64,000 bases of DNA from Calcarisporiella thermophila CBS 279.70 (Eukaryota; Fungi; Calcarisporiellomycota): assembly GCF_041956535.1 (NCBI RefSeq), contig NW_027192203.1, positions 1 to 64,000 of the forward strand. The letters run 5' to 3'. Both the position numbers and the translations under genes were made by a program. How positions within the stretch are numbered: position 1 is the stretch's first letter; every line of letters begins with the position of its first letter. This document shows, piece after piece, positions 1 through 12,476 of this stretch. The notes beneath the pieces were generated by a model that searched no databases, was not told where the DNA came from, and saw only the letters and a program-made list of their open reading frames with translations.

Positions 1-75
1 CCTAACCTAACCTAACCTAACCTAACCTAACCTAACCTAACCTAACCTAACCTAACCTAACCTAACCTAACCTAA
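1..75. repeat. Telomeric repeat (CCTAA)15, i.e. TTAGG on the G-rich strand; chromosome end
   Basis: Fifteen perfect CCTAA units from base 1, with the C-rich strand oriented as expected at a left chromosome end. Confidence 0.95.
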
Positions 76-928
76 CCCACACGATGATCCATTTCCTAAT
101 CGCGGAAATCGAATAAGACATAAAAATTTGAGCTCTCTTTTTTTCAACCTTGCATATTAAAACCCTACCCACAGTGACTGAAACAGATCGGCTTCGAGGC
201 TTCTCTTGGTACGTTCCAAGTTTTTAGAGCTACTGTACTTAAAAGATTCCCAGGCATATTTTCCATCTATTAAGAGCTCAGTTCTTGAAGGTGCATAGAA
301 TAACTGATGCGCTAGCTTCTATGAACTTTGATATAGGCGTTAAGATCCATAGGGTTTCTGAAAATATGGGTTAAACAAATGGTTTGAATGGCTTGAACTA
401 AATTTGGTGCGCATAAGATTTGATTGCATTAACTTCGCGGATTCTCTCTTTTCTTATTCTCCTAGCTTTATATGATTCCGCTTTAGATGGTTAACGGATT
501 TGACTGGCAGATCGATGGAAGGCCATCGTCTCTGTATGTTTATAACCCCTATAATGCGAACCCTAGTGCTATGGGATCAAAGGATTTGAGAATCGGTGTT
601 ATACATATCATACACACTGCTCATCTCTCCTATCCGCAATTACTGGAACCCTAATATAGAATTTCGGATAAATATAAACGTCGCTCTCCTTTGTTTTCGC
701 TTGAACGTAATGCAATACCAATCCAATTTGCAAAGCAACAAATTAAAATGGATTGTAACACATACAACAGGATCTCGAATTTATTAGGATTAGCTTTGTA
801 ATGTATTATGGATAAAGTGCACCGATAAACTTCGACAAAGATGAATGGGAAAGTTGAAAGAGAGTATTAAGGCGGGTAAAAAAGTAAAAGCACAGAAAAA
901 GGGAAAGTATATCAGCAAAAGGACTTGT

Positions 929-1879
929 TTAAGCAGCATTGCTGTCCGACTGCTGTTGCGAGTACCCACTCTTTTTGGTTTGATTTCCACCCACCTCACT
1001 ACGTAGCATGAACACACCAAAGTTAAGCAGTCCACTTGCGTTGAAGAGGAGCACAATCAAGAGGTTGATGATATAAGGAGTCTTGGCGAAGAACTGGTAG
1101 GTGTAAGCAACCATGAAAGGGGTCCATTGCACAATGTAAACCAGCACGTAGCTCATAATAATATGAATCGCGCGTGTTTTCTTGCGATCGTTAATGTCGA
1201 ACTTTCGAGATTTCCCAATCTTCTCATCGTGCACAGCGCCCTTGGAGGAGCCCATGTAATCACTCACTTTAAGAAGTCGGTTGGAGGCCTGTCGCATTTT
1301 GAAGAAGGTATTAAGGTAACAGTAGACGACAACAAAGAGCACCGAGAAGGAGGTGACCAAGCCGAAAATGGAGGCCGCAATGACACCAAATGGCCCATTG
1401 AAGCTCATCCAGCACCATGCCCCTGCATCTCCTAGCACTCCCAAGCCTAGGCCGATACCGGTGATGACAAGGGGAGTCAAGAACAGGATGCAGAGCATCT
1501 TCCAATCGTATCTACCGAAATCCAAGGTACGATTATGACACACGCTCATGTAGATGGTGACAGCCATCACCGTCACGGAAAGCTGGCTGATCAAGACTCC
1601 GTATTGGTAGGAGGCCGCTACTGCAACGCATCCATTGGGGACTTTGCCAGTAGTCAGAGTGATGAAGTGGTCGATTAAGTGGATCAGTTGCTCGAAGAAA
1701 TCGCCCATAGCCAGATAGAGAGGGAGTCGCTGAGCAAAAGAGAGGTATCGCTTTCGCCATAGGGCAAATCCAAAGAGCAAAACAACGGCTATTTGCGATA
1801 ATAATAGCGTGATGATGGCAGTCAAATGGATGCTGACCTCTTGTCCAGAGAGCGCATGGGCTTCATTGGGAATATCCAT
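929..1879 (-). CDS. 7-TM G protein-coupled receptor, Git3/cAMP-receptor-like, intronless, 316 aa
   Basis: Seven hydrophobic segments; LPLYLAMGD in TM2, Cys before TM3, GAWCW in extracellular loop 2, QWTP in TM6, SGLLN in TM7. Confidence 0.85.
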   Translation of the reverse strand: MDIPNEAHALSGQEVSIHLTAIITLLLSQIAVVLLFGFALWRKRYLSFAQRLPLYLAMGDFFEQLIHLIDHFITLTTGKVPNGCVAVAASYQYGVLISQLSVTVMAVTIYMSVCHNRTLDFGRYDWKMLCILFLTPLVITGIGLGLGVLGDAGAWCWMSFNGPFGVIAASIFGLVTSFSVLFVVVYCYLNTFFKMRQASNRLLKVSDYMGSSKGAVHDEKIGKSRKFDINDRKKTRAIHIIMSYVLVYIVQWTPFMVAYTYQFFAKTPYIINLLIVLLFNASGLLNFGVFMLRSEVGGNQTKKSGYSQQQSDSNAA

Positions 1880-3339
1880 GGGGTTACTTGATGTACTTTT
1901 GATACAAAAACTCGGGGGAAAGGTGTTGATATGTGTAAAATATAATCTACAAATATATGTATAGGAGAGTGTGAAATGAAAGAAAAAAAAAAGAGGAAAA
2001 AATAGTGCGAAGGAGGGAGAAGAGAAGGTCTAGCGCAGGGTAAACTAGCAGCGGGGGGGAGGGGGTTGAGAATGGAAAGAGAACCTGCCTTCTTTTTAGC
2101 TCTTTATAAAAAAAAAGATACGCAAACAAACAATTGCAATCTCGGCGCTCGGTCTATTTAAGCTGGGGGACTGAGGCTTTCTCATGTTAATCGTTTCAAG
2201 TATTCCGATGAGTTTGTAAATTAAACAGGAAAGCTAACTTAGTTGAAACGTAATAAATGATTTTCGCCGAAGTTTATTTCGATTTATTATCGATCCACCA
2301 ATGAAAACGGTGCGGCTTGTTTCAAAAAGCTCTGAAACACCTTACACCTGCCTCGTACGAACAATCGCGCATACATAGATTATCAATGCGCACGCACAGG
2401 GAATGCATATGTATTTTGTTCAAACATCCACTTTTCGGTTTAATCCGAGAACCTCTGCAATCTCGCCCCTCCATTCGAAATGACTGAAATTCTCAAACCA
2501 GGGCACCCAGTGGCCTCGGGCAACGGTGCAATAAGGCCCACGGCCCTCCGGATAAAAAATGGTAGCATCAACAACCGCAGCACCAACAACAACAAAAAAT
2601 ATCACCATAAATGCCCCGTTGTAATCAAGCGCTTGTTCGAAAAGGAAAAAACCGAAGCTAGCTCATTGCAACGTTATCCGCGCCCCTCATAGCGTTGAAA
2701 GGGGGATGCTGGGTTGTTGGAGTTGGCTTCGATTGCCTCCGGTCGCTAACCATATATGGTTAAATTTGGTGGCTCAACAGAGTCATTTGCGGGGTGGGAC
2801 AAACTCGTTAAATGTTTAACAAACCTTGTTCATTCGACCTCTCTCTTGGCGGAGAAGACGCTCATGATTCTCAGCGGTGAAATGGGCTGAGTAAACATTC
2901 AATAACTGACACACTTATTGAGATTGTATATTTGTGGGAAAACGAATAAGAATAAGAAGACGCAGGATCTGGAGGTGAAAGGGAAGAGTCAAACGAAAGA
3001 CCAGTGTTTGGTCTTGAAAAAATATAGCCGAGTTTAAGGAGAAATAGGCGCGGCTATTTCAGGAACGCGCCTCTTGCTGCATCAATTGGTAACGGTAAGA
3101 GTGACTTGAGATTTGCAGCGGAATGGCGGCCCTCACAGCAGCGAACACGATGGCGCTATGCTTTATTTACAAATGATACAAGGTTGTCCCTGAGCAATGG
3201 CTTCATTTTGGCTTGAATTAGCGAATATTGTGTTCGAAGCTCCTTCTCAAAGAGGTGCCATTTTAGCCTTTTTGGTGGATTGTCTCCACTCAAGAGACCT
3301 CTTTCTACCTGCGCACTTGCTTACAACTAAATGCGTATT

Positions 3340-5040
3340 GAAGCATGGGATGTAGGGGAATGCAAAGTTCTTGACGTATACTGTTAATACCAACTATTTT
3401 CGATTGCTTGCAGAAGTTTCTCCGACGCATGACAAATATCCGCGTTGAAAAAATTTCAACTTTTTTACTTGGCTTTTTTATGCCTTCTGTTCCTTGAAGA
3501 TCTTCTATATTTATCTACATTTTCGATTTATTGCATATCCTCCCTCGCAATTTCAATAATGTGCCATATCTCTCCAGCTATCTCTCACTTAACCAGCTTT
3601 ATATTACTTCACTTATTTGTCAGTAAAATAACTAGCATAATGCACTCGGGGGATGCGGAACCTCTATTTATCCGACCCATTGATGTATGTATATCATCAT
3701 AGTGGATCATACGTTAGTGCCAAGTAGAGCAACATAAACTTGGAGTTGTAGAGCTTCAGTTTTGACATACCCTGTTACGCAAAGTTTTTTGTAATCCAAA
3801 CTTACCAGCATTTTGAGAAACTTGTTTATTGTTTGTTTTCTCGCCTCCGTTTCGTGCTCCCTTATAAGAAGCTCCCCTCAATACTACCAGAGATACGTTT
3901 CCAGAAGTTTCCTTACAAAACCTGTTTGCTTGCTAGCAAGTTCTTCTCACCTTATGATTCAGTCCACAGAAAGGCTTTCTCATCTTGAAGAGCGGGGACT
4001 CCGAGAGTTTGTTTTGTATGATCTAATTTTAAATTTTGAGTTAGCTAGCATGTTGTCCTTCCCAAGCTCGCGTTCAACGAAAGGAAACACAGCCTACCAC
4101 TCCCCTCTATTGAAGTCCTTTATCATGAGGCTCAGCTAAATGTTAAATTAGTTGTAAAACAATTCAGACTAGATGGTCAAATTTATCGAATAACCCCTTA
4201 TCTCCATACCAGAAATGTTTGGAAATATAGTGAGCTTGTTAGTTAAAACAATCGCTTAAATCCTACATAGCACTATATCAAGGGAAAACTAATAAATTCC
4301 CTAAAAAGAGAAACAGAGTTGATACTAAAAGGTTAAGCAGCTAACGGCAACAACTTAAAATCTTCGACGAAGTAGTAAGTAAATGGTTTAAAGGCAGGAT
4401 TAAATATAATTCGGGCCCCTGAGCAGGAATGTTTCCTATCCAAAATTTTTCCAAACGAGAATGGAATCCCTTCCGCTCTTCAATCTGCTATGGATAAATC
4501 AATTTGATCAATATTAGGATAGGGGGAGGTAGACAACATATTCTTGATAGAAATAAAAGATCGATCTTTACTAATAGTATAGCGATAATAGAACAATTGC
4601 GCCGTAGCCGCCTAAGTTTTCGCGGAAGTATGTGATAAAGACCATAGGTATATTCTGCGACCTCTGCTCTGATATCTATGACCTTATTCCGTTAACTTTC
4701 AGTTGTGCTTCATAGTCGCGAGCCTAAAATAGCCGTCCACTGTCCACATCCTCCCTGACCTGCACAAGTACAGCACCGAGTATGATGGTGAATATAACCT
4801 CTAATAAAGTGAAAGCGATCTACTTTTCTTCTCGCCTAAACGCTGCGCCTTTTCAGTGGCTTAGAGATCATCGCATAATCTCGTGAAGTTGGTACTAATA
4901 TTGACGAAATACATCCCGTAGCACATTGAAGATAGCTTTTCCCAATAAGAGACCATGCGCGCTTTCTCTTCGAAGGGACTATTCAGAGGTCAGAGACTCA
5001 TTGAATATGTACGGTGAATTTGAGGAAGTGAAGGTATAAT
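3340..5040 (-). pseudogene. Heavily decayed protein-coding relic of unknown family
   Basis: Hand translation of the minus strand gives long protein-like frames broken by scattered stops, e.g. 'KHFWYGDKGLFDKFDHLV*IVLQLI*HL' and 'FVRKLLETYLW*Y*GELLIREHETEARKQTINKFLKML' followed by a GTAAGT donor. Confidence 0.4.
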
Positions 5041-5058
5041 ATCTTCAATAATAGAGTA

Positions 5059-5135
5059 CAGTACCGGCCAAAGGTTTTGACTCACCATTGTAAATTTTAC
5101 TTGAGGAGGTGAGTCAAAACTTCTGACCAGTACTG
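5059..5135. mobile_element. 77-bp Tc1/mariner-like MITE (TIRs only)
   Basis: 28-bp inverted repeats at 5059-5086 (CAGTACCGGCCAAAGGTTTTGACTCACC) and 5108-5135, 24/28 match, 21-bp spacer, flanked by TA at 5057-58 and 5136-37; CAGT termini are typical of Tc1. Confidence 0.85.
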
Positions 5136-6031
5136 TAAATGCTCTCTTGAGGATTGAGAGTTTCTTTGAGCAGTGTCAGAAGCACACCTCAAAAGGTATG
5201 CTAGAAATGATGAGGTTGTCGATATTAACCACTGCGAATTTCCATTTTTATTTTCCAAAGAGGCAATCCATTAGAAATTTCCAGCCAATTCCTATTGAAC
5301 GAGGGTCCTTGGGGAACTAAATTAGATGTTCATCCGTCACACTCTTCCAGGACATGATTTGGGTCTGTAAAAATTCTCTGCGCCGAAGAACTAGAATATC
5401 CAAACACTATCTTTACATTGCTTTTATTTATCATTATTTCATTTTATGATTATGTTTACAATTAATTTATTGATCGGCCGTGCGCTTTAGATATACCCTT
5501 TGAGATTTTACTAGTGTTATTGCCGATAAAGCATGAGTTGTACTATTAGAGAGCAGTCATCACCCAGAAAGAGAATCATGGGCTCTCGCCTATATGGATT
5601 TATTTGAGCTTCGTATCTGCCCAGCTGCTTGAAATGTCGAATAAAGGAGATAACCAAAACCAAGAAGAGTTATTTCAAAGCTGATAATTAATAGTAAAAT
5701 AAAGTAAATATGAAGATTTGCCTATGCTACGTCAATCGAGAATAGTTAACAATAGTATATTAGTGCTCGAAGAAGTGAGACAATACAATATATTGATTTT
5801 CAACTACTATTCCCTTGTTGCCCAATTTAGATTTATGACCCGAAAGATCTCGGAAATTGAAGCATATACCCAGATGCAGTTATAACCAGCTACTGATAAA
5901 CAATGCACCTTCCTCATCTTCATGGTTGATTATCGTCTTATTTTTAATTCCCGCATCCCTTCCTGGTTCAAAAAACTGTATTTTTAAAAAATTCTGAACA
6001 AGCTATAGTGGGAGTCTAGTCTATATCTCTA

Positions 6032-7065
6032 ATGTCTAACACAAGAGAATGCGTGGACTCTTTCAATGAGACAGTACCACTTATTATTTCACGGGGAAAT
6101 ACCGACCTTTGCCAAATTCGTTGGCGAGTGAGTCTTGGACTACTTAGCATGGCATTTAGTTCCATCTTTTTGGCAATTGGGACTGTAATAACCAAATTTA
6201 CCATGAATCGATTTAATTCTATGGAAATTTTATTCTCCCGATCGTTAGTGCAAATCCTTTTCGGTAGTATTAGTTGCGTATACCTTGGATTGCATCCATT
6301 TGGAAAGAAAGGGCTGAGAAAAGCTATATTCTTTCGGTCACTATTGGGAAGTTTTTCCATGATATTTTTCATTCACTCTCTCTCAAATTTGCCTGCATCT
6401 ATTGCAAATGGTAATGAATGATAAACCAAAAGGCATATATTTGAAAAAAATCTAACCTCGATATGTTCAATATAGTTATTTTCTCAATCTCACCTCTGAT
6501 GACCCCGCTCCTCGCTCGCATAGTTTTGAAGGAAAATTTATCGGCCTTTGAGGCTTGCGCCATTATCGTATCTCTTATTGGGGTTTCAGCTATCTCTAAA
6601 TCGCGCATTTCTCCAGAAAATAATGATTCCCCTCTCGTGCAAGTACTCCCAATTTTTGGGGGGGTCTGCGGTGCTTTGTTCTCCTCAGCCGCATGCGTTC
6701 TGATACGCAAAGTTGGCACTAGTGTCCATTTTATAGTATACGTTCTCAATCTAGGCATCTTATGCTCTATTCTTTCATTTGCTTTAATTCCAACTCAGGG
6801 AATTCTAATTCCTAAAGGTGAAGATTGGATATTATTGTTAGCTCAAGGGCTATGTGCTTCAGTGGCGACGTGTTTTTGGAATCTGGGATTACAACTTTCT
6901 CCCGCTGCCCCCACTATGGTAGTGAGTCTCAGCACCACAGTATATGTTTTTGTGTTTGACGTTTATTTTTTCAAAATGTTTCCGTCTGCCTCTGGGCTAT
7001 GGGGTATGGTGCTGATCGTTAGCAGCACAGTTGGAGTCTTAGTTCGGCGCTGGTTTATGACTTGA
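6032..7065 (+). CDS. EamA/DMT family transporter (SLC35G-like), 2 exons
   Basis: Two hydrophobic ORFs joined in frame by intron 6411-6475 (GTAATG..CTAAC..TAG); EILFSRS and LARIVLKE motifs; about 10 TM helices. Confidence 0.85.
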
Positions 7066-8134
7066 TCACCTTAATCAGTCATTTTTTTGCGCATTAAATC
7101 GATTAGAGAGATACCTAGATTGTAATATATCGTGATTGTCAAAATTATGCATCAATGTATTAATTTTACATGATTAGGATGTGCACTTCCTAGTGTTTGT
7201 CATTTCATTGAGAATTCAACCAATTAGTAAGATGCAATCACTAGTGTTTTCACTACGATTTATACTTGGTGGCTCTTGAGTGATGCTAAGGATAATTGAT
7301 CGAATTAAATGCGATTGAGTTTTGTTAGAGTACTAGTGTGATATATATTTTCGGTTCCATAAAGTGATTATTTTTCGGCACTATTTGGCAGTATTACCAA
7401 CTTGAATCAATATATCCAAGAGTAAGTGTTATGCCGATATCCTAGTTTTGAATACAGCATAATTCAGTTAGTCTTACCTCATTCATGAAAATTTATATCA
7501 AAACCGACTGGACATTGCTAGATACCTAAGTTTTACAACCAATTCTCATATTCGTATCATTACTTAAAAGCATCCTAATCCAAGATGTCATGGGGATTCT
7601 TGTATCGGTAACGTACTCTAATTAAATCAACTAAACTGGATTTAGAAATAAATGAGCACAAGCTGTATAATTAATATCTCCTAAATTTGTAGTTTATATT
7701 AATCTGTTATATACACTCTTGAGTTCGTCGCATCGGACAGCAACACTCATCCCCGATGTGTTTTACACTTAGAAAAGTTAACTAAAAAAAAAAATGACAA
7801 AAAACTCACTCAGGGGAATGCTTGGCGTGGGAGACTTACTTCAACGCTCAGTTTCTAAAAAATCTATCTGTGATGTAATCGATAAAGTATGTTTACATAT
7901 TGTAAATATTGCCATAGTCAGGTATCAGAAAGCTTCAATTAGTAGATGGAGTTACTTGATTGCTGATAATGTTAACTATTTCTAAGATGATTCAAGTGAC
8001 TCATTCGGAAACTATCCGAAGAGCTTTGCCGATATTTTAATTTGCGATTTTTCCCGTATTCTACTTCAAATGATGCCAATATAAAGGCATCAATGAACGC
8101 AAAAAACACATTTTTAAAGGTTAAGCAATAAATA

Positions 8135-10054
8135 ATGAAGCAACCAATTGATGTTCTTATTGTTGGAGCCGGCCCTGTTGGACTTTTCGCTGCAATTGAG
8201 CTCGCACGATATCGTCCTGAGCTCAATTTTCGAATTATTGATAAGCAAGAGAAAATATCACCGTTTTCTCGCGCATTCGGATTACAACCTCGTACTCTTG
8301 AAACATTTCTACACAGGTATGATATAATAATGTAATATGAGCCTCTAGTGTTGATCCGAAAGCGTCATTTATTAGCGGAATAGCTGAGCCATTTTTGACA
8401 GAAGGCACCTATCTCAAGGCAATGAACATTAATAATGACAATAAAATAGTGGCAACAATTCCTTTTTTAGGCCAACAATACAGTGCACCCTTTAGTCAAT
8501 TCCCATCAGTTCTTGTGCTCAGCCAGTCGAAAACTGAGGTGTTTCTCAATGAGTTTTTAGTGCAGCGCACAGGGAGAAAAGTGGAGCGTGGGGTTGAATT
8601 GATTGAATATGAGCAGAAAGAAGATCGGGTAATTGTGAAGGTAAAGCATAAATTGAGAGGAGACGAGGAAGAGTTGATTGAAGCGAAGTATTTATTGGGA
8701 TGTGATGGAGCCCATTCTTCGGTGCGTAAACTGGATAGAAACTGGAAGTTTGATGGAGTTGTAGTTGAAGGGAATTTTATTCTGGCGGATTTTGTGGCGG
8801 ATGATAAATGCGGCTTGCCAGAAATGATATCATCTTTGTTTCCGGGATTAAGTGAGCCCAAGTACTTATTTGTTATTTTGCTTTGGAGATTAACAGATTA
8901 GACTACACAATATTTAGACTCAATTGGTATATTACCACTTGGCCAGCCTCGTCATTATCGCCTCGTAGGGAATGTCAATGAGAGCTATAGAGTAATAAAT
9001 GCAAGCTCCAATACCGCGGTAACTCACGGGATTAGTGAACACTCTAATGAATATCCAAAAGAGACTCCTCCACTCCTTGAGGACATACGGGAGTACCTAG
9101 ACTGTTCTATCCCTAACCACGATATAATAATAAAAGAGCTAAAGTGGAGCACTTTTTTCCGGGTCAATCAAAGAATAGTTGAAAATTATCGCCATGGACG
9201 CGTCTTTCTCTGCGGAGGTAAGTAATTTAGCAAATTTTGTATGATTCTGGTTGCTTAGTTTTGCGTTATTAGATGCGGCACATTGTCATTCTCCTGTTGG
9301 TGCACAAGGGTTGAATATCGGCATCCAAGATGCACAATGTCTTGCATACAAACTCTCACTTGTCCTCAATGAGCATACTTCCAATTCAGAGGCTGTGCTC
9401 AACAGCTATTCCGCTGAAAGGCACCCAATTGCCTCTGCAGTCCTTCAGGATACAGGATTGGCGACAAAACTTTTCTTCTCCTCTCTTACTCGATATTTGC
9501 TCGGTTACCTCTTCAGCTTGCTTTCATTTCAAAGATATTTTCGCAGCAAAATGTTACAGTACTCGCATCACTATTCCAATTCGCCGCTTTTACTTCAAAC
9601 CACGATAAAGCAGGGTGCATTGATTAAAGCAGGTCAATATATGCCCGATGAATATATAAAGTTGGATTTCACGGGAAACACGACAAGTTTGTTCGAAGCG
9701 CTCAAAGATACCCGTCATCATTTACTTCTCTTCACGTCCAATACTGAAGTTTCAAGTAAGAACGGAATAGACGCATTATTGAGCATTACAAAGCGGTTCA
9801 AGAGTTCAGTTCGTCCCGTGATCGTCGCCTATGCTAATATGCTAAGTGGTAATCAATTAAATTACTTGAATTCGCTAGATATAACTGTGTTACTCGAAAC
9901 ACGAGGTGATTTGCACCGAGCAGTTGGGGTGAAGGATAGAGAGCAGGCTCTAGTTTTAGTTCGTCCGGATCTATATGTTGGAGCAGCCGTGAAATTTCCT
10001 ATGGAAATAAGTGTTCTTGTTAGATTTTTGTTGTCATATTTGAAGGAAGAATAG
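8135..10054 (+). CDS. FAD-dependent monooxygenase (PheA/TfdB-type aromatic hydroxylase), 4 exons
   Basis: GAGPVG Rossmann motif, GCDGAHS (DG motif), [25 protein letters not shown] (GD motif), C-terminal LVRPD; introns 8317-8375, 8852-8917 and about 9219-9272 keep the frame. Confidence 0.92.
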
Positions 10055-10571
10055 ATTTCCCTAGGTTACCTCTGTCCCATGTGTATTTTTATACAAGTAG
10101 GCAATAAACTAACATCCATAATTATTACAGCAGTTTGAATTCATTTGACGTACCACTTGCATCAGAACCCAACCTGCCTAATTTTCCATCAACCTCCTAT
10201 TTTGATAGAATGGGATTCGATTTTGGGACTTGGGCTTTTGAATATTTGACCAAAGATGGGATCTCGCGTAAACACTGAGAGAATTCCTGGCGTGAAGATA
10301 TTGTTCTATATAAGAAATAGATGAATTACGAATGATGCTTTCTGAAACAATGCGTGTATTTTCAAGTGTCAGGTCTTAACTAGGAGTGGAAAAAACTTGG
10401 CTAGCAACTATACTTGCCAAATATAGTATATAAATCCAAGAGCATGGCGTTTTTCTAATCTATACTAGTTAACTGAGTTTGGATTATATTCGTATATAAT
10501 GGAAGAGTATCTCGATGGCTCAGTCTATTCTTCATTTTATTCCAAATTCAAACGATTGTTGAGGTGAAAAT

Positions 10572-10874
10572 ATGAACAGTGAGCAAAAATCTAACGCGAA
10601 TAAATTTGAGCCAACCTCTAGAGTATCGCATCAGGGTCAAAGTTATACGGATCACAAGGGGACCAAACCTCAGTCACACGAGCTTCATGATCAATATGTC
10701 AATACATCGTCAGAGATAGATCCACGGCGAGAACCAGCCTTAGATAAAAAGTCCAGCTTTCCCCATGAATCTAGGGGCGCACGCATTGATCGCGAAATAG
10801 CTGAGGAAGAGAGAGAACAGATAGCAAAAAAGAATGAAAGTCAAAGATCAAGAGTCCCTGGATCAACCAGCTAG
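10572..10874 (+). CDS. Small hydrophilic hypothetical protein, 100 aa
   Basis: ATG-initiated ORF in AT-rich context, with TATA-like TATATAAA about 145 bp upstream and a charged helix GARIDREIAEEEREQIAKK. Confidence 0.6.
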   Translation: MNSEQKSNANKFEPTSRVSHQGQSYTDHKGTKPQSHELHDQYVNTSSEIDPRREPALDKKSSFPHESRGARIDREIAEEEREQIAKKNESQRSRVPGSTS

Positions 10875-11721
10875 ATCGAGCATTGATTTGATAATACAAA
10901 GTGGTGGCATATAAGGATATAAATTAGACCAGAGATTCTAAAGGTTAAATAAAATGAACATTGTAGTATTGATAATGCAACTCATCTCTATTTTGTCATA
11001 AATAAAGAAATGCCAAAGTGATCTACAGTGGTAAATTGGACCATGAATACATCTTTGAATATATTCTAATTATATGATCTTTACGTGGTTCATATTTTTC
11101 ACAGATGTATATCGTCCAACGTAGCATTTACTGACTCTATTGCAGCCATTAATATGGATGCTATATCAAAAAAGTCATACTGCTCACCAGCATTGGCAAA
11201 CTTTAAAAAAATGGAATTTAAAATTTTGTATATAGGATTGATAAAAAATAAATACAACTTTACGATTTTCGAGAGTTCACATCATAGGATGGGATGGCAA
11301 TTTGTGGGTCCTTGTTTATTATCAATGGAGTCTCAATGAAGACAGCGTTTATCTGATCTTTGAGTCATCCACAATTTGAAATGCCTCGGTTCTTTTGAGA
11401 TATTGGACAGGCAACCTGTAGTGAATACGTCTTGGTTCACAAGAACTAAATTATCTTTATTATGGTGGACGTTCCATTGAATTATACAGTACATCGGCAA
11501 ATTAAATTACAAGGGTTACGCAAGTAGCAACCTCAATGTGACCCCAAAGCATTTGCGGAATATTTCGAATATATTGCCGAGAATCTTTTATAAGCGAAAT
11601 TTTTCCCTTGATATTTAAAGAAACGACTTTTTAATCTCGCGAATAATTCAAAAAAATAATTCTCCTTTGAACTATTAATTTTATCCAACCTTTTACAAAA
11701 AACTATTGACAAAACAAATTT

Positions 11722-12476
11722 ATGATGGGTAAGATATACTTTTAAACTTACAGATATGATGGGCTAGCATATAACACTATATTATAGCGACTCTGCCTTT
11801 ATTCACTCAGTACCTTCAACACCCCACCATCGGAAATCGTACTGTGGGGGTAATATATTTTGATGGAATGTGTCTTCTTGATCTTATTGGCGCTGTGGAA
11901 ATGTTCAATGGCGCTCGATCAGTGTTTGGAAAACTCGTTTATATAGGAGAAAAAGCTGGTCAAGTTTTTAAAAGCGTTGAATCCATGAATGTTGTCAGCG
12001 ATGTTGGCTTTGATGATGCTCCTCATGTTGACGTTTTGATAATTCCCGGTGGCCCTGGTGTCCACGACGTATCCGAAAATGAAACATATCTTGCCTTCGT
12101 GAAAATGTGTAGTTCACAAGCAGAACGTGTTCTTTCGATTTGTACCGGATGCTGTATACTAGTGAAAGCAGGGTTGCTTGATGGTCTAAAGGCCACAACC
12201 AACAAGATTAGTTTCAACCAAATTCGGAGACTTGGTCCTAAGACGAAGTGGGTGGAAAAAGCTCGGTGGGTGGATGACGGAAAATTCACAACGTCGTCTG
12301 GAGTCACAGCTGGGATGGATGCAGCATTACACGTGGTGGAATCCATCACTAATAATCGTTCACTCGCAGAAGAAATAGCAAGTGTAATTGAATATGAATG
12401 GAATCAAGATCCTGATAACGATCCTTTCTCTAAGTTTATCGGGTGTATTCCTGAGGAGCTCTTAAAAAAATATTAA
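11722..12476 (+). CDS. DJ-1/PfpI family protein, isocyanide hydratase (InhA)-like, 2 exons
   Basis: ATG at 11722 and intron 11729-11787 in frame; LLD(L)IG, DVLIIPGG, nucleophile elbow SICTG, GLLDG..ATT, TSSGVTAGMD. Confidence 0.88.
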
